In this document: piece after piece, positions 37,335 through 52,094 of the stretch
Numbering within the stretch: the first letter of the stretch is position 1
Layout of the letters: the number at the start of each line of letters is the position of its first letter
Assembly: GCA_951406725.2 (NCBI GenBank)
Contig: OX597840.1
Location: 24,180,001 to 24,244,000, forward strand
Reading direction: 5' to 3'
Origin: Octopus vulgaris
Taxonomy: Eukaryota
DNA length: 64,000 bases
Made by a program: the position numbers and the translations under genes
Notes under the pieces: generated by a model
The model's database searches: none
Told to the model about the DNA's origin: nothing
The model's input: only the letters and a program-made list of their open reading frames with translations

Positions 37335-38939
37335 TATTTTTCTTCTCTCAACACAAAGTTCAAATGTTTTTCTTTTTTTTTTCTTCTTTTTTTTTATATT
37401 CTATTCCCCAGTTAATTCTTTTGCTTGAAATGCTTAGCGGTATTTCGTCTGTCTTTCTGTTCTAAGTTCAAATTCCGACGGGGTCGATAAATAAAGTACC
37501 AGTTTCACACTAGGGTAGATATAATCAACTTAATCCCTTTGTCTGTCCTTATTTGTCCCCTCTATGTTTAGCCCCTAGTGGGCAATAAAGAAATATATAT
37601 TTCCATCAACTGTAATCATTGTCAATATCTGAGGGGGCTGCCAATTACTTTGCAATCCAGGTTTAATTAGAATACATGATTGGTTTTCTTGCACCCATTC
37701 CAGGCAGTAAAGTACAGAAATGCTGCTAATAATCACACACCCAAAGAAAATCTTTTACAATTCTATAATCGATTTATATAAACAGGGTAATATTTCTTGT
37801 GTGTAGCATCTTAGTTTCATCTTAAACAATATATCATATATATTCATGATGTGTTCGATGTAAAATCTTCTTTTATGCTAAATATCCTCTCTGATACTCT
37901 GAAATAAAAAAGAAATAATATGAGATATAGAATATACTTGAAAAGTAAAGATTAAATAATGAAAATTTTATTACATTTTTATACTGATAAACTGGAGATA
38001 CAAACCTTTAGCTGGCCAAATAAACGTTAACACGTCAGTCTGAGAAACAAACAAGGAGATTATAAGGTAGTCATGGGATGTGCTAAAAATAATAGCTAAA
38101 TAGCTCTTAAATCACGCAGCAATTTAAAAAATTTTGTTTTGGTTTTTGCACAATCCTATGAATTACAAATTCGCAAGAGTTTTCTAAAAATTCCCCAAAA
38201 GTTTTGAACCAACGAAGAACGTATAATTTACATCTGCTGTTTATTTGTTGAGCGAAGCGGTCTTCGTCCCAGAGCTTGCAAGATGGAAGAAGTCGGAAAC
38301 GTGGTCCTTTGCTATTCGTAAGACCCGCAGAAGAGAAAGCAGGTCAGCCCCCCGACACCGAGAGCATCGAATGATGGATGAATGCGCATCCAGGCTTGGC
38401 GGTTGCGTAGGAAGTCGGGGGACAAGAAACAGGGAGAAAGAGTGAGAGAAAGTTGGGGCGAAAGAGTACAACAGGGGTTGCCACCACCCTCTGCTGGAGC
38501 ATCGTGGAGCTTTAGGTGTTTTCGCTCAATATACACACACAACGCCCGGTCTGGGAATCGAAACCGCGATCCTCCAAACGCGAGTCTGCTGCCCTAACCA
38601 CTGGGCCATTGCGCCTCCACTTACATCTGCTGTATATGAAATACCAGAGGTTATTGTGTTAAAAAGAGCAAGGACTAATGTTTACTTGGAAACGGTTGAT
38701 GATGATGACATATATATTTATTGCCCACAAGGGGATAAACATAGAGGGGACAAACAAGGACAGACACAGGGATTAAGTCGATTACATCGACCCAGTGCAT
38801 AACTGGTACTTAATTTATCGACCCTGAAAGATGAAAGGCAAAGTCGACCTCAGTGGAATTTGAACTCATAAAACGTAAAGACACATGCATTTCGCCCGTC
38901 GTGCTAATGTTGTTGCCAGCTCGCTACCTTTATATATAT

Positions 38940-40372
38940 ATATTGTTATATTTCAGAATGGTCATATTGCCAGTTTAGCCAATAAAAACACACGCACTAT
39001 ATATTTGGTGTTATTTTGCTTCAGTGATATTTATTTTTTACATTAATCTTAATCTTATTTCGGCCAAATTTCTTTCGTCACACTCCTGTGACCGCATCAG
39101 TGGTCCTTTGTTTTCTTCTCACTTATTTGTGTCTCTCCTTACTAACAGTCAGCCATTTTGTATTTCTATTGTATGTCTTCATTTGCGCATGCTTATATCT
39201 CTATGTGCGTCTATGTTTAGTTAGTGTGTGTGTGGGGGGGATGCCTGTAATATTTGTATCTTCTGTTTATATACATTCTTGTAATTTGTATTTTGTTTTT
39301 GTTGTTGCTTTTGTTCTAATTTTGTTCATGTGGTTTACATCCACCCATTATTATCAGTACACATGCTTGTATGTATGTATAACAACAATATTAGTAATAA
39401 TAATAATAAATCTAATCGAAAAAAAAAAAAGAAAAAATATATATATATATATATACACATATATATGGAGGCGCAATGGCCTAGTGGTTAGGGCAGCGGA
39501 CTTGCGGTCGGAGGATCGCGGTTTCGATTCCCAGACCGGGCGTTGTGTGTGTTTATTGAGCGAAAAAACACCTAAAAGCTCCACGAGGCTCCGGCAGGAG
39601 GTGGTGATCCCTGCTGTACTCTCTCACCACTCTAAAGGCGGTGCTCCAGCATGGCCGCAGTCAAATGACTGAAACAAGTACAAAAAAAAAAAAAAAAATA
39701 AAAATACACACACATATACATATACATACACATACATATATATACATACCTACATATATATATATATACATATATATACTTATACATTTCTATTTGTTTA
39801 TTTATCTGTGTATTTATTGTTTTCAGGATCCTCTATCGTCATATGTTGTGGTGTGTGCTATTGCTCCATTCTAGTTTTCTATTCAGGCTAGGTTTATTTT
39901 CTATTATATGTGTAGCTTCTGTAATTTGTCTAATTGTTGCATCTGTTCTATGTGTGGACAATATCTTAATCTCTATGTTATTGATTGATCTCCCGTGTGT
40001 ATGTATGCGTATATAAAAAATGCAAATTACATGAATGCATATAAACAGAAGATACAAATATTACAGGCATCCACCCACATACACACACTAACTAAACATA
40101 GACGCACATAGAGATATAAGCATGCGCAAATGAAGACATACAATAGAAATACAAAATGGCTGACTGTTAGTAAGGAGAGACACAAATAAGTGAGAAGAAA
40201 ACAAACGACCACTGATGCGGTCACAGGAGTTTGACGAAAGAACTTTGGCCGAAATAAGATTAAGATTAATGTAAAAAATAAATAACACTGAAGCAAAATA
40301 ACACCAAATATATAGTGCGTGTGTTTTTATTGGCTAAACTAGCAATATGACCATTCCGAAATATAGCAATAT
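38940..40372. mobile_element. Fold-back element: about 350-bp inverted arms (38940-39295 and 40015-40372) around an AT-rich spacer
   Basis: ATATTTCAGAATGGTCATATTGCCAGTTTAGCCAATAAAAACAC... versus ...GTGTTTTTATTGGCTAAACTAGCAATATGACCATTCCGAAATAT. The ORF track gives nearly the same peptides on both strands. Confidence 0.9.
39467..39697 (+). mobile_element. Chimeric SINE (family-1 head plus family-2 tail plus poly-A); absent from the paralogous site near 61270
   Basis: GGAGGCGCAATGGCCTAGTGG...CTGTACTCTCTCACCAC-TCTAAAGGCGGTGCTCCAGCATGGCCGCAGTCAAATGACTGAAACAAGTAC(A)n. Confidence 0.85.
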
Positions 40373-41469
40373 CTGTTTCAACACACGACTTCACATAAAA
40401 AATCTTGCACAACAAATATTTAAACATAGATTTATATATATATATATTGGTAAAACGGTAAGATAACAAAAGAAAGAAAGAAAGAGACCTCAATATTATG
40501 TAAATAGAGGAAATTTATCTATAAAATAATGTTACATTTACTCAATAGTCAAGATAAAACTCTGAGTTTCAGATGCCGAAGTGGAAATCCACAACACCAT
40601 CTCTTCGGTTATCTGACCATCTGAAAAAACGCTATGAAAAAGTACGGTTATATAAAGGGAAATTACTGTATTATAATTCTGCGCGCGAAAACCCACGTGC
40701 GTACTTATACGTCACTATGGAAACGTACACATCTTCACTCGCATTTTTCGCCAAATATATACGCATATATATATACATCATACACACACACATGCGTACC
40801 GTAAAAGTTCATACATACGTCTATATACGCACAAACACAAGAAAAACCATATTTAAAGGTAACAGAAAAAAAAACATAAGGAAGTATACAAAGCATAAAA
40901 ACCACGTTCATATACGGACAGGCCCCTATGCACTCATACACACACACACGCCCATATATGTACATACCCGCACATATTTATATACACACGCATATACAAA
41001 AAATGAATATATATATGCCCCCCACCCCACCATAAAAATGGAAAAATACTAAGTTAAAACGTCTATATAAATATATGTGCATTCTCATGCCCGCACACAC
41101 ATAAATATAGACGTATATATATATATATACATATATATGCACATACACACACACAAAAGTTGGCGATTGCAAAGGAATTTCACAAGAATCATATATATAG
41201 TGGAAGCCGCTTATTGTGATCATTTCCGTACAGCATTGGCCAACACCTAACATGACGTTAAACAAATATAAAGTCCGAACCAATTAATTTTGATAACAAT
41301 AACCGGCTGATAACGTTATCCGCTATTCCGATTGACCGCCACTCCATTCCTGCCCAGCCTACATCAATACACAACAAACTACGGCATTTCTATAAATCGC
41401 AGTATTTGCTATACAACGTCTTCAATCAGATCGTATTCCTCTCCAATATATATACATATATATATAATA

Positions 41470-41576
41470 ACTTACCCCTGATGCTTAATAAATAAATAAA
41501 TATTTATTTACTTTCGATTTCGTCTCCAAAGAATTGAGGAAACGTGACAAGCCGGAAGTAAGGTGCGTCATGTGAC
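41470..41576 (-). promoter_or_regulatory. Candidate promoter and non-coding exon 1 of G5
   Basis: Same conserved motif block. Confidence 0.55.
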
Positions 41577-42204
41577 TGAGACTCTTTAATATATGAAACC
41601 AAAAAGAGTGCTGCTGACACAAAAGCGAAACTAAGAAGGAAGGGGGAATGTAATATTGTTGTTGACTATCACCATGGTTACTGTCTAAGCGGAAGGCGCA
41701 TGGCTCGGTGGTTAGCGCATCGGGCTATCAATCGCGAGGTAGTGAGTTCGATTCCCTGATCTTTTCGCTGTTCCACATTGCCAGCGGAATCCTCGGCGAC
41801 TCACGGGAATTCCGGAGCAGGGGATTCAGTTGGTCTTACACCTGAATCCTCAATGGCGAACGACGGGGATCCACGATGTATAAAAATGTCTGTATAGAAA
41901 TGGTGAGGATATTAAGAAATGGTTAATAGCAAAATGTGGGAAAGAAAAAAACTGGAATGGGCAGTGAAAAGGAAACGAAACAGTGAAAGAAATTATATAA
42001 CTTTCTTTAAGTAATTTTTTTTAGTCCTTCCTTTTTTCTGAGTTGTGCGTTAGATATGAAATTAGATATGAAATCATTCGTATCTAATTCCGGTCTCCTA
42101 ATAATTATCAGTTATAAAGTGGAATTCATCAAGGAATAAAGATTTGTATGAAACTATAGCAGGAAATAAACGGAATTTGCAAGACTGAACGGTTAATGGA
42201 CGAG

Positions 42205-42851
42205 GGGAAGTAACTCTTCCTTCAACAAAAGTCTTGAATATTTTTATATAGTTTCGGGTTTAAATGACAATTAATTAATTTAACAAATTGTTAGAAACGA
42301 TCACAAAAGTACAGCCCCCAAAATTACTACAGGGCTTAATGACTGCCTCAAGAACCCAGTTTCCACAAAAGCTTTTTGCTGGGAGCTGCACAAAGCCAGA
42401 TTTCAAGGGAGGGCTGCAATCAGAAAACCACTACTTTCAAAAACAAACGTTGCAAAGCGTTTAGAGTGGAGTAAAAACCTACAGACTTGGTCCCTAGAGC
42501 AGTGGAAGAATGTTATTTTCTAGGACGAGTCATCCATTACTTTATTTCCGACCACCGGCCGAGTATACGTGTGAAGAGAGCCAAAAGAAGCATTTGACCC
42601 AGACTGCCTTCTTCCAACTGTTAAACATGGAGGAGGATCTGTAATGATCTGGGGAGCTATATCTTGGATATCTGCCAGCCCAATGGTTCCCCTTCATGGC
42701 AGAATTAATAGTCAAGACTATTTAAGCATTTTATCTGATCAAATTTATCCTATGGTTGCGGAACTGTTTCCAGAGGGCAACACAAGCTTTCGGGATGATA
42801 ATGCACCAATTCACACAGCTAAAGTTGTCACTGAATGGCACGAGGAATATT
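42205..42851 (+). pseudogene. Tc1-like transposase relic, copy 4
   Basis: ORF 42644-42871 and upstream homology. Confidence 0.9.
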
Positions 42852-43095
42852 CTTCAACCGTTTCAACGTAAACATTAGTCCTTGCTCTTTTTAACACAAT
42901 AACTTCTGGTATTTCATATACAGCAGATCTTTCCTTCTCCTATGTTTCCGACAAAGAGCTCCGCTTGAAACGTTAAACCCTCCTCCTTTCCTGAGCGTCC
43001 AATAATACTATATTTGTTCAGCGTCCACGCGTGGTTGTGTATTTTTTGTGCTTTCTTGTTTGGATTAACTATATATATGTATATATATATATAAA

Positions 43096-43912
43096 AATAG
43101 ATGAACATCAATGGAATTTGTATCTTTGTGGTTCCAGTACCGGTGGCACACAAGAAAACCATCCGATCGTGGCCGTTCGCCAGCCACATCTGGCACCTGT
43201 GTCGGTGGCACATAAAGACACCATCCGAAGACCCGGCGACGTAGACAGTCCACCTGTGCATACCTTCCTTCTTGTGACACTTGTGAAGACCTGTTGAGGC
43301 AAGTGAAAATCAAATCAAATCAAATCAAATCAAATCAAAACAAATCAAAATAGATGAACATAAATGGAATTTGTATCTTTGTGGTACCAGTGCCGGTGGC
43401 ACACAAGAAAATCATCCGAACGTGGCCGTAGCCAGTACCGCATAGACTGGCCTCCGTGCTTTGGGGACGTAACAAACACCATCCGATCGTGGCCGTCCGC
43501 CAGCCTCATCTGGCACCTGTGTCGGTGGCACATAAAAACACCATCCGAGCGTGGCCGTCTGCCAGCCTCGTCTGGCACCTGCCAGCCTCATCTGGCACCT
43601 GTGTCGGTGGCACATAAAAACACCATCCGAGCGTTGCCGTCTGCCAGCCTCGTCTGGCACCTGTGTCGGTGGCACATAAAAACACCATCCGAGCGTGGCC
43701 GTTCGCCAGCCTCGTCTGGCACCTGTGTCGGTGGCACATAAAATCACCCACTACACTCTCGGAGTGGTTGGCGTTAGGAAGGGCATCCAGCTGTAGAAAC
43801 ACTGCCAGATCTGACTGGCCTGGTGCAGCCTTCGGGCTCCCCAGACCCCAGTTGAACCGTCCAACCCATGCTAGCATGGAAAACGGACGCTAAATGATGA
43901 TGATGATGATGA

Positions 43913-43914
<2 letters not shown>
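43096..43914 (+). mobile_element. Unit-specific insertion: RTE-like 3' UTR with about 60-bp tandem repeats, (AAATC)n and (GAT)n tail
   Basis: Repeats of CCATCCGAGCGTGGCCGTCTGCCAGCCTCGTCTGGCACCTGTGTCGGTGGCACATAAAAACA. Empty (TA)n site at about 25170-25210. Confidence 0.8.
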
Positions 43915-43946
<32 letters not shown>

Positions 43947-45095
43947 CTGATCGTACCGCTGGCAGACTCCCCTGGCACCTGTGCTGGTAGCATGTAAAAA
44001 ACACCCACTACACTCGCGGAGTGGTTGGCGTTGGGAAGGGCATCCAGCTGTAGAAACACTGCCAGATCAGACTGGGCCTGGTGCAGCCTCCTGGCTTCCC
44101 AGACCCTGGTCGAACCGTCCAACCCATGCTATCATGGAAAACGGATGTTAAATGATGATCATGATCATGATATATATACAAATTAAATTCCAGGAAACAC
44201 TGAAGTAGCATTAATATAGTTTATTCACTGCAAAAATTCAACATGTACACTTACAGCTGTTTCGATTTTGCTCAAAAGAAATTCCAATAATTAAAACCTT
44301 TAATTGGGCAAAATCTCATCAGAAATTGAATTAAAGAAAAGACTATTGTCTATAAAGTATACAATGTAGAGAAAAAAGAAGAGCTAACAATTCCAGTCTG
44401 TTATATATTTTGAGCATTGTTATCACTAGCGATATCAAGATATAACTTTGTATTTTATGTGTAGATGTATATAGATAGATGTACATGTAATATGTACACA
44501 TATATACATGCACTAGCACTATGACCCGGCAACGACGGGTCTTTAATGCTAGTTGGTAAATAAATGGTAGATAGTGAGTTATATTTCTCACTATAATTAT
44601 TTTATAATGTATCGATTTAATTATTTTGTAATTTATCTATATCAGTTCAATCAATTTCTTTAACAAAGTTATAAATGTGATCACGTTGTTCTCTCATTCA
44701 TATGATACTATTTTTACTATAACTCACTAATCTAACATTATTTAATGCGGTTTCGATTCCCAGACCGGGCGTTGTGTGTGTTTATTGAGCGAATTTGGTA
44801 GACGGAAACTGAAAGATGCCTGTCGTATATGTGTATATATAAATATATGTATGTGTGGGTTTGTGTGTCTGTGTTTGTCCCCCTAGCTTTGCTTGTCAAT
44901 CGATGCTGGTGTGTTTATGTCCCCGTCACTTAGTGGTTCAGCAAAAGAGACCGATAGAATAAGTACTGGGCTTACAAAGAATAAGTCCTGGGGTTGATTT
45001 GCTCGACTAAAGGCGGTGCTCCAGCATGGCCACAGTCAAATGACTGAAACAAGTAAAAGAGAGAGAGAGAGAGAGTAATAGAATTATCACAGTGT

Positions 45096-45584
45096 TATGG
45101 TTTCTTTCCTGCGTGGATATGTTTGTGAGTAGTTAAGTTACCTTTTTGAGAGAAAGACTTTTCACATACATCACAGTGATAAGGCTTCTCTCCTGTGTGA
45201 ATGTGTTTGTGAGAAATTAAGGTATGGTTCTGAGAGAAGGATTTACCACAGATATCACACACGTATGGCTTCTCTCCTGTGTGAACACGTTTGTGTTTGA
45301 TTAAGACATCGCTCTGTGAAAAAGACTTTCCACAGATATCGCAGTGATATGGCCTCCCTCCTGTATGAATAAGTTTGTGTTTAGCTAAGAGATGATTTAA
45401 AGAGAATGATTTACCACAGATATCACAGTGATACGGCTTCTCTTTACTATGAAAGTGTTTATGAGGATTTAAGTCACCAGCGAGTGACTTTCCACAGGTA
45501 TCACAGTAGTATGGTTTCTCTCCAGTATGGAAGGGTTTGTGTTTAGTTAAATGTTGATTTTGTGAGAATGATTTACCACAAATA
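45096..45584 (-). pseudogene. Out-of-frame zinc-finger relics downstream of the G6 stop
   Basis: Same arrangement as 26366-26854. Confidence 0.85.
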
Positions 45585-47880
45585 TCAGTGATATGGTTTT
45601 TCTCCTGTATGAATACATTTATGGTTAGTTAAGGCATCACTCTGTGAAAACGATTTACCACAGATATCACAATGATATGGTTTCTCTCCCGTATGAATAC
45701 GTTTGTGTTTACTCACGTCGTAACTTTGAGAAAAAGATTTACCGCAAATGTTACAGGGATAGGGTTTCTCACCTGTATGAATGCGCTTATGAGTAATTAA
45801 ATGATGATTCAGAGAGAAGGATTTACCACAGATATCACAGTGATAAGGTTTCTCTCCTGTGTGAATGTATTTGTGAGTAGTTAAGTGGTGATTTTGAGAG
45901 AATGATTCTCCACATATATCACACTGATAAGGTTTCTCTCCTGTGTGAATGTATTTGTGTTTAGTTAGGTTTTGATACTGAGAGAATGATTTACCACAGA
46001 TATCACAGTGATAAGGTTTCTCTCCTGTGTGAATGTATTTGTGTTTAGTTAGGTTTTGATTCTGAGAAAATGATTTACCACAGATATCACAGTGATAAGG
46101 CTTCTCTCCTGTGTGAATGTATTTGTGTTTAGTTAAGTGGTGATTCTGAGAGAATGATTTACCACAGATATCACACTGATAAGGTTTCTCTCCTGTGTGA
46201 ATGTATTTGTGAGTAGTTAAGCTGTGATTTTGAGAGAATGATTTACCACAGATATCACAATGATATGGTTTCTCTCCTGTATGAATGTATTTGTGAGTAG
46301 TTAAGTGGTATATCTGAGAGAATGATTTACCACAGATATCACAATGATATGGTTTCTCTCCTGTATGAATACGTTTGTGTTTAATTAACTGACAACTTTT
46401 AGAGAATGATTTACCACAGATATCACAGTGATAAGGTTTCTCTCCTGTGTGAATGTATTTGTGAGCAGTTAAGTGGTGATTTTGAGAGAATGATTTACCA
46501 CAGATATCACAGTGATAAGGTTTCTCTCCTGTGTGAATGTATTTGTGAGTAGTTAAGTGCTGATTATGAGGGAATGATTCTCCACAGATATCACACTGAT
46601 AAGGTTTCTCTCCTGTGTGAATGTACTTGTGAGTAATTAAGTTGTGATTTCGAGTGAATGATTTACCACAGATATCACAGTGATAAGGTTTCTCTCCCGT
46701 GTGAATGTATTTGTGTTTAGTTAAGTGGTCATTTCTAGAGAATGATTTACCACAGATATCACAGTGATATGGTTTCTCTCCTGTATGAATACGTTTGTGA
46801 GTGGTTAGGTCGCTATTTCTAGAGAATGATTTACCACAGATATCACACTGATATGGTTTCTCTCCTGTATGAATACGTTTGTGAGTGGTTAGGTCGCTAT
46901 TTCCAGAGAATGATTTACCACAGATATCACACTGATAAGGTTTCTCTCCTGTGTGAATGTATTTGTGAGTAGTTAAGTGGTGATTATGAGAGAATGATTT
47001 ACCACAGATATCACAATGATATGGTTTCTCTCCTGTATGAATACGTTTGTGAGTGGTTAGGTCGCTATTTCTAGAGAATGATTTACCACAGATATGACAC
47101 TGATAAGGTTTCTCTCCTGTATGAATGTATTTGTGAGTAGTTAAGTGGTGATTTCGAGAGAATGATTTACCACAGATACCACACTGATATGGCTTCTCTC
47201 CTGTATGAATACGTTTGTGTTTAATTAACTGACTACTTTTAGAGAATGATTTACCACAGATATCACACTGATATTGTTTCTCTCCTGTATGAATACGTTT
47301 GTGAGTGGTTAGGTCGCTATTTCCAGAGAATGATTTACCACAGATATCACACTGATAAGGTTTCTCTCCTGTATGAATGTATTTGTGAGTAGTTAAGTGG
47401 TGATTTCGAGAGAATGATTTACCACAGATATCACACACACTGATATGGTTTCTCTCCTGCATGAATACGTTTGTGAGTGGTTAGGTCGCTATTTCCAGAG
47501 AATGATTTACCACAGATATCGCAATGATGTGACTTAACCACAATGTGGATGCATTTGTGAATAGCTAAGCTATGATTCTGAGAGAATGATTTACCACAGG
47601 TGTTACAGCGATACGGCTCGACACCTGCGTGAATGTGTTTATGTGTGGTCAAACGAACCTTTTCAGAGAATGATTTACCACAGATATCACAGCGATAGAG
47701 ATCCTCTCCTGCAGGGAAACATTTGTGAATCGTCTGTTCATCTTTGAGAAAGAAGGACTTGTTGCAGACATCACAGTGAAATGATGTTTTCTCTTCTTCT
47801 TCTGTTTCATCTTCAGTAAAATCAATCCTTAACAACTGTGTATTACAATTAACCTCATTATCACGTAATTCATTTTCCAT
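45585..47880 (-). pseudogene. Poly-C2H2 zinc-finger gene G6 (paralog of G4, about 26 finger units), frameshifted after finger 4
   Basis: Split ORFs 47431-47880 and 45585-47462. TATCACACACACTG versus normal TATCACACTG (+4 bp) at about 47432-47440. Length is G4 minus 84 plus 4. Confidence 0.85.
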
Positions 47881-49694
47881 TATTTTTCTCCTCTCACCAC
47901 AAAGTCCAAATGTTTTTCTTTTTTTTTCTTCTTTTTTTTTATATTCTATTCCCCAGTTATTTCTGTTGCTTGAAATGCTTAGCGGTATTTCGTCTGTCTT
48001 TTTGTTCTGAGTTCAAATTCCACCGAGGCCGACTTTGCCTTTCATCCTCTCTGGGTCAATAAATAAAGTACCAGTTTCACACTAGGGTAGATATAATCGA
48101 CTTAATCCCTTTGTCTGTCCTTATTTGTCCCCTCTATGTTTAGTCCCTTGTGGGTAGTAAAGAAATAGAAATAGGTATTTCGTCTGTCGTTACGTTCTGA
48201 GTTCAAATTCCGCCGAGGTCAACTTTGTCTTTCATCCTTTCGGGGTCAATAAATAAAGTACCAGTTTCACACTGGGGTAGATATAATAAATTAATCCCTT
48301 TGTCTGTCCTTGTTTGTCCCCTCTATGTTTAGCCCCCTAGTGGGCAATAAAGAAATATATATTTCCATCAACTGTAATCATTGTCAATGTCTGAGGGGGC
48401 TGCCAATTCCTTTGCAATCCAGGTTTAATTAGAATACAGGATTGGTTTTCTTGCACCCATTCCAGGCAGTGAAGTACAGAAATGCTGCTAATAATCACAC
48501 ACCCAAAGAAAATCTTTTACAATTCTATAATCAATTTATATAAACAGGGTAATATTCCTTCTGTGTAGCATCTTAGTTTCAACTTAAAGAATATATCATA
48601 TATATTCATGATGTGTTCGATGTAAAATCTTCTTTTATACTAAATATCCTCTCTGATACTCTGAAATAAAAAAGAAATAATATGAGATATAGAATATACT
48701 TGAAAAGTAAAGATTAAATAATGAAAATTTTATTACGTTTTTATACTGATAAACTGGAGATATAAACCTTTAGCTGGCTAAATAAACATTAACATGTCAG
48801 TCTGACAAACAAACAAGGAGATTATAAGGTAGTCATGGGATGTGCTAAAACTAATAGCTAAATAGCTCTTAAATCACACAGCAATTTAAAAAATTTTGTT
48901 TTGGTTTTTGCACAATCCTATGAATTACAAATTTGCAAGATGTTTTCTAAAAATTCCCAAAAAGTTTTGAACCAACGAAGAATTTATAATTTACATCTGC
49001 TGTTTGTTTGTTGAGCGAAGCGGTCTTCGTCCCAGAGCTCGCAAGATGGAAGAAGTCGGAAACGTGGTCCTTTGCTATTCGTAAGACCTGCAGAGGAGAA
49101 AGCAGGTCATCCCCCGACACCGAAAGCATCGACGGATGGATGAATGCGCATCCAGGCTCGGCGGTTGCGTAGGAAGTCGGGGGACAAGAAACAGGAAGAA
49201 AGAGTGAGAGAAAGTTGGGGCGAAAGAGTACAACAGGGGTTGCCACCACCCTCTGCTGGAGCATCGTGGAGCTTCAGGTGTTTTCGCTCAATAAACACTC
49301 ACAACGCCCTATCCGGGAATCGAACCCGTGAGTCCGCTGCCCTAACCACTGGGCCATTGCGCCTCCACTTACATCTGTTATATATGAAATACCAGAAGTT
49401 ATAGTGTTAAAAAAAGGAAGGACTAATGTTTACTTGGAAACGGTTGATGATGATGATGATGATGATATATATATATATATTTATTGCCCACAAGGGGATA
49501 TACAAAGAGGGGACAAAGAAGGACAGACATAGGGATTAAGTCGATTACATCGACCCCAGTGCATAACTGGTTCTTAATGTATCGACCCTGAAAGATGAAA
49601 GGCAAAGTCGACCTCAGTGGAATTTGAACTCATAACGTAAAGACACATGCCTTTCGCCCGTCGTGCTAATGTTGCTGCCAGCTCGCCACCTTTA

Positions 49695-49753
<59 letters not shown>

Positions 49754-50416
49754 GTAAAACGGTAAGATAACAAAAGAAAGAAAGAAAGAGACCTCAATAT
49801 TATGTAAATAGAGGAAATTTATCTATAAAATAACATGTTACATTTACTCAATAGTCAAGATAAAACTCCGAGTTTCAGATGCCGAAGTGGAAATCCACAA
49901 CACCATCTCTTCGGTTATCTGGCCATCTGAAAAAACGCTATGAAAAAATACCGTTATATAAAGGGAAATTACTGTATTATAATTCTGCGCGCGAAAACCC
50001 ACGTGTGTACTTATACGTCACCACGGAAACGTACACATCTTCACTCGCATTTTTCGCCAAATATATACGCATATATATACAACCTCATACACACACACAT
50101 GCGTACCGTAAAAGTTCATACATACGTCTATATACGCACAAACACAAGAAAAACCATGGTTAAAAGTAACAGAAAAAAATATAATAAGGAAGTATACAAA
50201 GCATAAAAACCACGTTCATATACGGACATGCCCCTATGCACTCATACACACACACACGCCCATATATGTACATACCCACACATATTTATATACGCATACA
50301 TACACATGCACATACAAAAAATGGATATATATATGTCCCCCCCCCCCCACAAAATAATGGAAAAATACTAAGTAAAAACGTCTATATATATATGTGCATT
50401 CTCATGCCCGCACACA

Positions 50417-52094
50417 TCTCTTATTATAAAAGGCAGATTTTATCTGCCTCCCTTTGTAACTTATAGAAATCTACAATATAGGATTTCTTCAATTACAATT
50501 TACCTAGCATTTTTAAGAGTAGAATGCATCGGGTCATGCCAGGTCCAGTTTTTAAAATTTAAACTCCAATTAAGCAAAATTTACAGAAAACTCACATTCT
50601 GGTGTGTATGTCAAATGCTTTTCTTAATGTGGTTTACACCACACGCACACACACAGTGTGCAAGGAATAAAATGAAAGTAAATAGCGACAGAGTGATTTG
50701 ATGAAGACTAAACTGAAAGTATTTAAACCACTACTCAAAAAATAAAAAAACACAGCAAACAGAAACAAATAAATACATAACCATTTACTCCTCACACAAT
50801 TTCTTCAATTAGAGTTTACCTAAGATTTTTCAAAGTACTCCATTCGGTCATGCCATAATATATTTCTTTCAATTTCACCCCCAATTAAGACAAAATTCGA
50901 GAAAACTCAATATTTTAACATTTCACTCCGAAAGCATTGATGTACATGTGTGCGTGCGTGAGTGTGTGTGTGTGTGTGTGTGTGTTTGATGGGTTGTGCG
51001 ACACAGAAAGTGTGGTGTGTAAGTGAAGTGCTTTTGTTAGTGTGTGTAGAGACAGACAGAGTGAAAGACAGAAATAACTGAACTTTTTTTATTCACTTTT
51101 TGTAGTGAGTGACTGAGAGAGAAAAGAGAGAGAGAGGTTATGTATGTATATATGTATGTATAGCTTCAGTGACACACACACACAAAAACACATACCTACG
51201 TACACCTAAAGCACGCACACACAAAAACACATACCTACGTACACCTAAAGCACGCACACACACACAAGCGGAGCGCGAACTTCAAAATTTTGGTAGTATT
51301 AATTTGCGAGCGTACTTCTAAGCGCGCGTAATTGAAAGTTTTCACTATGATATCATCACGTGCGAAAAAATTCGAAGGGTTTTGAACAATTGAGATACAG
51401 ATGTCACGCCTGTATTGAAACCATTGCTAAGCTGCCGTAATTGCTTAATTAAGACTTTGTTTAAATTGAAAGGGGCAAATATGTGACGAGGTTGAAAAAA
51501 ATACCCCAGAAAAAAATGTACTGCTGATATTTATATAATTCACTACTATTTTGCTACAATGTCACGAAAAAGAAAAAATTTAGGTATGTAAATCGAATTC
51601 GCCACCCCCTTTTCCAAGTTCGCGTTTGTGTAAAAGAAATTATTATTTAAGTTTTAAAAATTATTTACTTTCTTCAAAAAATATTAATATTAATTAATTT
51701 TCAAGAATTATTTAATTTTATTCTGTAAAATAGTAATTAATTCATTTATCTGTAAATCCGCGAGGTTGTTACTCAGGCACCTAGAATGGTAACCTTCAAC
51801 TAACACTATCTCCTCGGCGCAAGTTGACCAAAATTGAGAGTATGGTAGAAGAAGGGTTGCTCTTCCTTCCGTAGAACATAAAATTCAAATCGGACCATGT
51901 TAACACCAAAAATTATTTACATCAAAAAGATGCTTTTTTCTATGAAAATCCCTATTTTTTACGATTTTTTCACTGCTGTGTCGCCACTTTTCGGTGTATT
52001 TCGACCAGAAAAATGTTCACAAAATTTTTACTTTTCAAAATTACAATTCCAGCGGATCGAAACATACCCGAGGAACGCCGGGCGATACTGCTAG
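50417..52094 (+). mobile_element. Complete non-autonomous Helitron (about 1.68 kb) in the candidate intron of G6
   Basis: CACACA|TCTCTTATTATAAAAGGCAG ... CCCGAGGAACGCCGGGCGATACTGCTAG|TATA. No TSD; empty site CCCGCACACATATATA at about 23187-23202. Confidence 0.92.

Noticed and set aside
43345-43893. Overlapping 77-125 aa ORFs on both strands
   Set aside because: Products of a GC-rich 60-bp tandem repeat in a retroelement UTR.
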